Source: Spirogloea muscicola (taxonomy: Eukaryota). Taken from it: a stretch of DNA of 20,000 nucleotides. Position 1 is the stretch's first letter. The number at the start of each line of letters is the position of its first letter. This document shows, piece after piece, positions 9,796 to 19,318 of this stretch. Under the pieces are notes generated by a model. The model was not told where the DNA came from. It saw only the letters and a program-made list of their open reading frames with translations, and searched no databases. A program made the position numbers and the translations under genes. The DNA lies in the NCBI GenBank assembly GCA_009602725.1, contig WELB01000001.1:1245689-1265688 (forward strand), in the 5' to 3' direction.

Positions 9796-11160
9796 GAAGA
9801 AAGTGCTCGCCCATAGAGAATAGGGGCTGGCAAAGTCAGCCCAAAAAGAAAGGATAATGTCCAAAGCCAAAGGAAGAGGGGGCAAAGAGGAGCCGGCAAA
9901 GTCAGCCCTTGCCCCCATTTGGGGCCACTTCTGGCTAGGGGACTCGGTTCCAGGAGCCTAGCTTCTCTGACCTGAGGCTGCTTAGCAGGGGTTACTGGAG
10001 TGCTTCGTAGCTGCTTGTCTTCCTTAGTGCTTCCCCTGGCCCATTCTCGTTCCTTTGTTCATTCTATTTTGGGCTGCCTTTTTCCAGCCTCTATCCTCAA
10101 TGGGCGAGCCATTCTTCCTTGCAGGGTCTCGCTGGAGTGCTTTCTTTCCTGCAGCGAATAACTCAGACTTGATCTTGCTCACTCGCGGGTACTGAGCTTC
10201 CATATGCATCATCTCGTGTCTAGTTGTGTAGTTTTTCTTTCGGCACCTATATTGGCTTTGGATATTGTCCATTCTTTTTGGGCTGGCTTGGCCAGCCAGT
10301 CTGAGGGCGCGCCATTCTCTTTTCAGCAGCAGGTGATGTACATCTGTCGGTGTGCTTGCTGCTGAGAGTTCCGTAGCTGCTTACATTCTTCTTGTGCTTG
10401 TTTTTCTTAGTGCTTCCCCTGGCCTCTTCTCGCACGTTGTTCATTCTTTTTAGCACTTAGTACCTTGCCTTCTGCGCCATCCGGCTCCTTCAAAGCTTGT
10501 CCATTCCTTTGGGCTGGCCTCTCACAGCCACCAGTCAATTTGGCCGCGCTTTCTCTTTTTTGGGCTGGCCTTATCCAGCCCCTATCCTCTATGGACGAGC
10601 CCTTCTTCTGCTTGCTGCGGCGGGCACTCTCTTCTGCTTGCTGTTGTACTTCGACTTGTACTCGCCACTCAGGCCCTGCATCACTCTATACACGATCCAG
10701 TCCTTAGCATCCTTCAACGCCGCTGGCTCGTTGGCCCAAGTCTATTGCATGCGACTAGCCGTATCCCTTCAGCGGTCCATGGCCCACACTTTGCACCTGC
10801 GTGCTGGCCATGCTCTCGGTGCTGCCTCTGGCTTTCGTCAGGGGGATTGTTTTCCGCCACTAGTCTGTTGGATTTGAGGATCCTCACTCGTTGTTATTGA
10901 GTGATTCATCCTTCCCTAGCTTAGAGCTAGCGCCTCTGGCCCCTTCGTAGTTCGGCCCCTAGAAGCTTGTCAATTCTTTTTGGGCTGGCTTCTCACAGCC
11001 CTTGCCCCCATTGGGAGAGCCACTTCTTCTACGGCTCCGAATCGACAAGGCTCGCTTCAAAGAGATGGCTCGCCCATAGGAAAAGAGGGGCTAGCAAAGC
11101 CAGCCCAGAAAAGTATGGACAATGCTCGCTTCAAAGGGCCGAGAAGGCGCCAAAACTGGA
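9795..11160. mobile_element. Nested cluster of 5'-truncated retroelement 3' ends, including an ORF C-terminus copy at ~10710-10890 (+)
   Basis: ORF remnants GDSVPGASFSDLRLLSRGY (~9938-9997) and FNAAGSLAQVYCMRLAVSLQRSMAHTLHLRAGHALGAASGFRQGDCFPP (10713-10860). Terminal hairpin motifs start at 10071, 10280, 10511, 10562 and 10982 (+), and at 9842 and 11106 (-). Confidence 0.8.
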
Positions 11161-11204
11161 GCTGACGGGAGCCGCGCACTCAGCTCGACTTATTAGTCAA
11201 GTCA

Positions 11205-11323
11205 CACCTGGTCGGTCGGTCACCCATTGGCCTCGATTTGGTCTCAAATTGGCAGATCTTTGACCCCAAGCATCCATACAACGTGCGACACGTACCCTGC
11301 TGCAGTGACCGACCGACCCAGTG
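11205..11323. mobile_element. Candidate Tc1/mariner-type MITE (119 bp) upstream of the TOR1-like gene
   Basis: Perfect 14-bp inverted repeat GGTCGGTCGGTCAC (11210-11223)/GTGACCGACCGACC (11305-11318), extending to 19 bp with 2 mismatches. The right flank is TA and the left flank CA. Confidence 0.45.
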
Positions 11324-12000
11324 TACATTGGCCATTAGTTTGTGTAGGATTCATGTCTACTGTCTATTCCACTCTCCGCCGTCTGCGGCACAATCCGCGC
11401 GTCACAGTCTGCCGCTGGCCTGACAATGGTGCTCCCCAGTCCCTCCCGTTGTCTGCCAGGGCCAGCTGCGCGGCCGCCGCCGCACGGCTTTCATTCTGCG
11501 CGGCCGCCGCCGGCGCCGCCGCCGAGCAGGACACGACCAGGCAGCGCTACGCGCGCCTTCCGCGAAGCTTCGTGACTGCGTCGTTGCCACGGCGCGTCGG
11601 CATCGGCTTCCGGTCCTGGGGGCCTCGTCGGGAACACAGAGCCGCGCCTGGAAGCGCCCCTGCAGGCTGGTCGCTGGCGCTCGGGCAGGCGCCACAACGC
11701 CGCACGATCAACATGAGGATGATGGATTGTCCGTGAAGACTGTTCTTCAGAAGACGGGAGAAGACTTCCTTGCTCGTTGCTCGTTGCTGCCGGGGCCTTA
11801 TCAGCTGAGCCTGCAAGGAGACTGTGCTCGACTTTTGAGCCTCTACTTCCCCGGGGCTCAAGCACTATTGGCTCCACACAGCAGCCAGACAACCTGCCGA
11901 CCATACTGCTGACATCCACAGTGAAGCCAGAGATGCATCAGGCTTTCATTGAGCTGCAGTGCCCCGCAGTCTGAGTCAGCCGAGGAGATAATCAGTCAAG

Positions 12001-15000
12001 ATGAGTGGCTCTAAGGTGGTCACTGCTTCTCAGCAGCGAACGAAGAGCTCCACCTCTGCAAACCTGCAGCTCGCTTTTATCGAACTAAAGCAGGTGACTC
12101 TTCAGCTCAGCTCGTCTCACATTGAGCACTGTCATACGTGACTTACCAGACTGCACTTGTCCAGCTGTAGAGTAATCTGCCTCTATTCGACAAATGTCAT
12201 ATGTGGATAAATGGCACGGCTTGATTGTTTGCGCCTCGGGCTCTTGATAGTCATGCGAGGTGCTGCAGTCCTTGTGCTGCAGCCCATGGTGCCACCAACT
12301 CACAACCCTTTGACATCAGGCACTCAAAGACCCTTGGCTTTGACTTCCAAGGAAACCACCTAGCTTAGCCCCTCAGGTTCGAGGTCCAGGACCTTATCTC
12401 AGCTTGCTTCATCTTGGACTGCAGAGAATTGTCTGGGCGATCAGCAAACTTGGCGATCGGGACACACAGAAGGTTGCAGTCAGTGAGTTGGAGCAGATAG
12501 CACAGATCACGCCTCCTGAGGGCATTGTGGTATACTTGGCGTGCCTCTACGACAGCGAGCTGCAACAGAAGAGCTTTGCTCGCAAAGAATGTGTGCGACT
12601 GTTTGGAGTGCTTGGTAAGAAGGAGTACACAATGTCAGATCACTCTTCCACCCCCTTCCCCAATCTCGTGTAGTGCTGGGTCGGCAGAGTGCCATAAGTA
12701 TTCCCAGTAGACCTGAGGGAGAGAATGCAGTTCACTTACATGATGACTCTGGGTGCCTGACGCAGCAGAGCAGGAGTGCTGACATTTGTCCATATCTCGA
12801 TCAAGTGCTGAGCTCACTATCTTGATCAAGTGGCTGAGCACATAGAGACTGTCACTTGGAAGTCACAGGCTTGAGCTTTGTTCTCACCTGTGCAGCATCA
12901 CTGCACGGTCAAGGCTTGTATCCCTACCTCAGCAAAATCGTCAGGAGTATTGTTGGACGCTTCAGAGATGCAGATTCCTCTGTGCGTGACACATGTGCTG
13001 AGACTTTGGGAACCATTACTGCCTATGTCAGAGCTCCAAGCACTTCTCCTTCCTCAGGTGAGTCTCTGCAACTGTGAATCTAAAGAAGATCAAGAGCCTC
13101 AGAGAGCATTGTGTTGGCTTGAGGTGACCTTACATGGTGCTCGTTTCATTGACAAAGTGGGTTGCTTGTTGCGAAGGAGGCAAGAGACTGAGTTGTTGCT
13201 CATGCACATAGAGAACTTTTCACACACTCAACAACTCTGGCTACTGCAATTTGCTGAAAGCAAGAAGGCCACTTAGTAGTATGTGGGGCACAAGTGCCGG
13301 ATGAAAATGTTGGCTGACTGAGGAAAGCTGATTGCTGTCCTGCCTGCAGCAGATGAGGGCAATGCACGGCTCTCCGACGAGAGTGCATCAGGTTCCACGT
13401 CCTACCTGAGTGCCAGGCATTGTAGAACCTGAGGTCCAGTTGGAGTGTGCCCAAGAAGTGCTTCATATCATGAAGCACTTCTTCAACGTGGTCATGAATG
13501 CTCAGACCTATCATCGATGCAAAGCTCTACATGTGCCAAGCATCAAATTCAAGCGATGATGATCGTTGTCATTCTTTGGCGGCAGGAGTTTCTCAGACAA
13601 TGGCAATTTTTATCAGGCCAATCTTTGAGGCAATGAGCGAGCAGACACGATCGGTGCAGGCAGCAGCTGCCACGAGCCTGGACCGAGTAGTGCAGAATGC
13701 AGATCAAGCAGCTGCATCAAGCTTGGCCAAGTTGTGCCCACGTGTTGCTAAGCTGTTAGGCAGCCCATATTTCCAAGCAAAGGGCGCCCTTCTCCCAGCT
13801 CTTTTGAGCATAGTGCAGGTCAATGGCTTCCTTTCATTGACTTTGATGTACCTGGTCCTGTACAAATAGCATTTCTCTTTGGTTGCTAATCAAAGTTGTC
13901 AATGAATGGGCCAGATTGACTTGTTCCGTGCACACATCCAGAGCAAGACCCTCACATTGAAAATCTCATTACTTGTCTCCTGTGACTACAACTCTCACTC
14001 CCAATTCAACTTCGATTTCGCAGGTCTGCGGTGGTGACATCAGTATACACTTGCCACTTCTGATTCCTCCTGTCATTCAGGCGTTCAAAAATAATGATTG
14101 GATGACCCGCAGGGCAGTCTGTGAATTATCTGGTCACATGGCAGCTGTCTTTGGACCAGCATTACAAGCCTACCATCAGCAGATTCAAGCTGGCCTGCTG
14201 TCATGCCGATATGACAAGGTCCATACAGTTACCAAGTCCGCAGATTATACTAAATGGTTCAATCACTTGAGAGCTAAACCTTTGCTGGCTCCGGCACTTC
14301 GTGATGGACCTTGATGATAAGCCGCTTGACCTGCCATGGCCAGCCTGGTGCGTTTATGTCATCCAATTGCAACTAGTATTCACCTCATTTATTGACATTG
14401 TCATTTTCCAGGTAAAACCAGTGAGAGATGCTGCCATTGGGGCCCTTGAACAGTGGAAGCTTGCCTTCGGCAGTTCCGAAATATCCCCAACTGCCCATGG
14501 TCAGTCAGGTGCCAGTCACAGTGAGACTATTACCATGCATCTGATATTCCTTAGGTATCATGTCACAGGTCTTGTCTTCGGAGAACCTTGCAAGGCTGAT
14601 GTCACGTACAACCCTCTGTTGTTGCATCCATCCACAATAAACAAGCTTGTCCCGCGGCTTTGCTCATTGATGTCTGCCAATGCCAAGTCATTCTGAACTC
14701 GTGATAGCAGGAACCCAACCGCGGGCGCTGTTTAAGTCTCCAAGTGCTGCCACAAGTCACGATCCTGAGCAGCCAAACAGTGCGTCAAATGATCTGCACA
14801 CACCGTCCAGCTCTGGCACGAGTATTGGTGCAAAGACATCCTTGAACAACCCATTGGAGGATCTGCCAGTCCCTGAGGAACCACAGACGTCAGCCAGTCC
14901 CTCCACACGGTCTGCCATCAGCAGGCCAGCTAGGCCCAAGCTCACACCACCTCGAGGGCCAGGTGGTGGAGCTAAAGCCATGAACGGCTGGCAAGTGGAG

Positions 15001-17336
15001 ATTGCAGTAGCTGGCGAGGAGAGATCCTTTGTCACTGTAGTAGGAGAGACTGACAATGTTGACCAGCCGCAGGAGCAGCAAGACATGCCCAGCCAGAGCT
15101 CTGGGGAGTGTACACCAGCACAAGGGGAGTCCCTGATGAGCCCCACCCGCCCTGTAGCAACTGGCAGCAGCTGGCATGAGACTGTGGGGGATGGTGCAGT
15201 TGCTGCAGTGCCAGATGGCGATGTCCGAGGCACCATGCAGCATAGCACCAGCAAGCTACCTCCCAATCAGCAGGTCACCTCACCTGCTGAGTCTGGACAA
15301 GCAGTTCGCAGCAAGGAGCAAGCCCTACTTGATAGCTGCTCTAGCTCGTCAGGAGCGATGAGCTTGCATGCTCCCCAAGGACTAGGTGCACAGGCAGAGA
15401 AGGAACATCTCCAGGAGCGTGGACACGATTTTCCTGTTGAAGATGTATCGGGCACTCAGAGAAGCACAGCCAATGTGACCCCTGCATGGTATCGACTATA
15501 TCTCAGACTGATTCGTGCAGACTGCTGCTTCATAGATGCAGACAAGCCGTGTCTTCTTCGCACTCAAGTAACCCATGCATAAATGCAGCACAGTGTGGCC
15601 ATCTGCAAACTGACTGTTTACATGGTTGTGTGCTCTTATGCAGTGATTTTCATCAGCATAACCAATTAATTCCCAGCTTGTCTGAAGACCCAAAGTCATG
15701 GGCAACTGAGCGCAGCACTATAGAGAAGTACCTCGCACGTCTCACGCAGCAACAGGAGGAGATGGTGAACCTCTTGCAGGTTATCTTCCAGCAAAATCTC
15801 TTTGGCACCAGTGGTGTTGCAATATACAATGCGTCTGGATTGAGTCACTCAAGTGCTTTTCGCACACAAAGCGGGCAGCTTGTGACACTGCACTCAATAT
15901 GGAATACTATAAGATCTTCCTTCAATGCATTCCTTAAGTGTGGCAGTCTCCTCACACTGTTACATTTGATGTCTGAGTCCAGATGACAACCATGTCTTAG
16001 GATAAGTTGCTGCCTGCAAGTATTGCATCATCTTGGCAGTACAGTTGCAGTCCATCCTTCCTCTTCAGAGGTAGAAAGTAAGCACCTCAGTTTATTGCCT
16101 TGGATGTCTTTGCTCAGAGGTATATGAGGAGCACAGAAGATGCTCTCGGGGGGATGGAAACCCGCCTTCGGGGGTTGGAGCGCACAATTGAGCACCTGAA
16201 TCGGGACATATCAGTGCAGACTGCCACCGCACAGAAGGTGCTGCTGTCCCCACAATTGCATGAGAATCTTGGAAGTCTTCGACAAGAGCAGCACGATGTT
16301 GTGATGCCAGAGAGCCAATCAAGTGCTGGCAGACAGAAGGTTGCTATATGGCATGGGGACAGTATTCAAGAACATGAAGAAGGGAGGTGGTTGAATGTCA
16401 GAGGAGGGGTTCGAGAGGCACCGGTTGTTGGTGGATCCAGACAACGAAAATCGAGAGCACGTTGGTCCTTTGATAGCATGGCGAAGAACGAGGATACTTA
16501 TCGCGAGTCGGGTATGTTTAACATAGACTCTGACAGTCTTGGTTATCTAAGTGGAGTCAAAGCTTCCACTCCGGAGGAAAGGCCACACAGTGGGAATAGA
16601 GCCACAGTGGACCTTGATTTTGGCCATTTGGAGAGGCTACACGACAGATGGCCGGCCATGCAGCCAAGTGTCTGGAGCTGGGCATGGGTTCAGGACCTGG
16701 TCAAGAGAGGGGATGTGGACTGGGCGTATGCGGAGACACTTCGGATGAACGACAATGGCATACTTGTGAGCCTCATGGGGCGCACGGGGCCAATCATAGG
16801 CCAACTTTCTCGGGAGGTCTTGATGGAGCTCCTGCAGAGGTTGTTGGTGATGCTGCAGGAGAGATCATCAAGAGACCGCGTCTTACCTTGGATGAGTCAG
16901 GTGGTGAAGGAGGCAGACGAGCTCTTGTTGACAGGGTGCCAAAATTGCTTGCATGTCAAGTCCAGCGCAGCAAAAGAAGCTGGATTAAAATCTAGGGATA
17001 TAACTCGAAGCACCATGCCTAGTATCCTAATATCAGGTCGTAGCTGTATGTAGTGGCTGCTTGCCCTACTCCTAGCAGGTTCATGACCTGCTTGATGACG
17101 GCCACATCTTCTTCTGTCTTCTTGTTGCTCAGCTTTCTGAGCTGGTTGCGGAAGGGCATGTCAACTGCAAGGAGCTGGACCCTGCCCTGAAGCTGGACAT
17201 AGTCGTGAAGCTTCAGCTTGTGGCAGAGAGCAGCGAAGACGGCGGTGGTTGGGAGAGCCTTGTCAGTGGGCAGTTGGCCGCGGAGCTGGGCAGTGCATGG
17301 CTGGGTGACCTACGAGGCACCTCGAGGCAGCAGTGA
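12001..17336 (+). CDS. TOR1: TORTIFOLIA1/SPIRAL2-like microtubule-associated protein (N-terminal HEAT repeats, low-complexity linker, coiled coil, C-terminal domain), 10 coding exons, ~953 aa
   Basis: Manually spliced GT-AG exons: 12001-12093, 12425-12614, 12896-13057, 13586-13818, 14024-14218, 14412-14499, 14711-15488, 15644-15779, 16118-16900, 17133-17336. Total 2862 nt, phases compatible. Motifs resembling SPR2/TOR1: ELKQRIVWAISKLGDRDT, RKECVRL, RFRDADSSVRDTC, KLCPRVAKLL, DWMTRRA, CRYDKVKPVRD, WQVEIAV, ETRLRGLER, GDVDWAYAETL..D...LVSLMGRTGP, LPWMSQL, QLAAELGSAW. The exon 6 donor could alternatively lie after 14508. Confidence 0.93.
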
Positions 17337-17959
17337 TGTCTTGTTGGTAAGGCTGAGACAAGCCGGCAACGATGATGACATTTTGAACAAGCAGTGGCGT
17401 TGATGAGGGAAGGCATGCCTGCTGCACTGATGCAGAACATTCATGCGAGCAAGCCCGACCAAGTGGTGGTCCGACCATTAATGCTAGACGAAGTAGCTCG
17501 CCCATCTAGGACATTGTTGGCCAAGCGACCACGATGTGGTACAAAGAAACCACACCATACTGAAAGAGAAGGCAGGGTGTTAAGAGCCGTACGACCAAGT
17601 GAGCAAGAAAGAGTGTGCCGCTTGTTTGCTGCTCTGTGTTGTGAGACTTTCAAGCATCCCCGACGCTTCCTCTTCATAGCCAGTAGTGTATCAGGAAGGG
17701 CAACAGCAGGCATTTGATGTCGTGGGAAAGGTCGCGCACCTTGAGGAGGCCATGTTGCTCGGATGGCTCCATCGACCTCACACTTTAGCACACCTAGGGG
17801 ACTCCTGATACAGCATTGGGAGCGAGACAAAACCAATCGCAGAGGCACCTTTCAGGGTCAACAGCAAGCACTATTAAGTGACTTGATTCTGGTTAGCAAG
17901 AGATTTGTGTCTGAGATGCCTTTTGGCATAGCCGTGCGCTCTTAGTGCCTTCGTGCCTT

Positions 17960-18172
17960 TGAATTGTGTCCTTTATGGGCTGGCATTTCACAGCCCTCGC
18001 TCCCTATGTTAATTACGTGGCTTTGCAAGAGCCCGTTCTTAGCATAGAGGTTCGCTTCGTGAAGCCCCAGTTCTTTGCACTTTTGCCTGAACTGTGCATT
18101 GGCTTGATTAGAAGAAAAGGCGCGCCCATTGAGGATAGGGGCTGGAAAAGCCAGCCCAAAAAAGAATGAATG
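17960..18172. repeat. Family A terminal fragments downstream of the TOR1-like gene
   Basis: TGGGCTGGCATTTCACAGCCC at 17976 (+) and AGAAGAAAAGGCGCGCCCATTGAGGATAGGGGCTGGAAAAGCCAGCCCAAAAAAGAATGAA at 18110-18170 (-). Confidence 0.7.
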
Positions 18173-18194
18173 ATGCTTGATCTGGCCCCTTTCA

Positions 18195-18530
18195 ACCCAG
18201 GCGCACCATTGTGCCCGGAGGGATTTCCTGCATCATTGCGGATGTGGTGACTACCGACTCCAGCGACTCCGCCAACCCCATCAAATCGGCGAAGGAGCAG
18301 GGCACGCCGTTGGCAAGACTGCCAGCGAAAAAGAGCGCAAATATGCGCATCACCCTGCCGGCGATGAGTTTGTGGCGCTGACGATGGTCGTGCACCGGGC
18401 GTTCGGCAGTTGTGGCTGGACCTTCTGCAGCAGCTTGTACGGCGGGCCATTGATCGTAGGCAGGGACAGCAAGATGAGCTGCCCGGCTTCAACGCCCCTG
18501 GGTCGCTTCCCAGGTGTTCCGCATGCAACT
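18195..18530 (+). mobile_element. Degenerate (frameshifted) restriction-like endonuclease domain of a CRE-like element
   Basis: Across frameshifts reads IIADVVTTD...SAK / GHAVGKTASEKERKYAHHPAGDEFVALTMVVHRAFG / WLDLLQQLVRRAIDRRQGQQDELPGFNAPGSL. This fits the D..D...K..KY...F.PL...G.(F/W)G pattern of RLE domains and is homologous to 9001-9170 (-). Confidence 0.75.
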
Positions 18531-18943
18531 ACCCAAATCGTTCCAACGGTCCAAGGCTCACGCACTGCACCTGCGGGCAGGCCGCGCTTTGGCTGCTACT
18601 TTTGGGTTTCGTTTGGGTGCCTCTTTTCCAGCTGCAAGTTACTCCAACTTGCGGCTGCTGACTCGGGGTTACTAAGCTCCCCCGCTGTAGTCTCTTGCAT
18701 AGCGGTGTGGTTCAGGCACATTTCGGCCCTTGGACCTTGTCCATTCTCTCTGCAGCAGGTGTGTCTACCTGCGGCTGCTCAACAGGGGTTAATAAGTGCC
18801 TCTTGGCCACTTGAGTCACTGCGTGCTATAGCGCTTTTCTCTGGCACCTTCGAATCTCGTTCATTCATTCTGGGCTGGCGCCACTCACAGCCATCGCCCT
18901 CTACTGGAAGTTTCTTTCTCCTGATTAGTGTTGATTAGTGCCA

Positions 18944-19230
18944 GTGTCCCTCCAGCGGTCCATGGCCCATGCTCTACATCTGCGTGCTGGCCGTCCTCTC
19001 GCTGCGGCCTCTGGCTTTCGGCAGGGGGATAGTTTTCCGGCAGCTAATCTGTCGGATCTGCGGCTCCTCACTCGTAACTTCTGAGTGATCCATCCTCCCC
19101 CTGTGCTGACATGACATCTTCAGGCCCCTCTGTAGCTGCTAAACGCTTGTCGGCCCCTCCGAACCCTTGTCAATTCTTTTTGGGCTGGCTTATCACAGCC
19201 CTTGCCCCCATTTGGAGTGCCACTTCTCTC
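18944..19230 (+). mobile_element. 3' end of CRE-like element: ORF C-terminus (stop 19082-19084) plus 3' UTR with terminal hairpin motif
   Basis: VSLQRSMAHALHLRAGRPLAAASGFRQGDSFPAANLSDLRLLTRNF* followed by TTTTTGGGCTGGCTTATCACAGCCC...GTGCCACTTCTCTC. Clearly homologous to 10710-11030 (+) and 8420-8834 (-). Confidence 0.8.
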
Positions 19231-19318
19231 AGATTAGCAGCAGGTGATGTACATCTGTCAAGGTACTTTGCCTTTCGTACTCGGCCACTCTGGCCCTCCA
19301 TCACTCCATCATCATCGC

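Noticed and set aside
10071..10120. Family A motif as an HDV-like ribozyme (CTA-TCCTCAA-TGG resembles P3/L3, GGCTGGC/GCGAGCC resembles P1)
   Set aside because: There is no GG after P1', no P4, no catalytic C-containing J4/2 and no P2' strand. The L3-like sequence is not conserved across copies, and the motif lies at the element 3' end rather than the 5' end.
9795..11125. Recurrent short palindromic repeats as a CRISPR-like array
   Set aside because: Spacing is irregular, orientations are mixed, copies are diverged, the intervening DNA is itself retroelement-derived, and the context is eukaryotic with no cas genes.
15133..15140. CTGATGAG hammerhead core
   Set aside because: It lies within TOR1 coding sequence with no accompanying GAAA core or stems.
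14757..15266. Antisense ORFs over TOR1 exon 7 (likewise 19484-19912 over the RT)
   Set aside because: Shadow ORFs of real coding sequence on the opposite strand.
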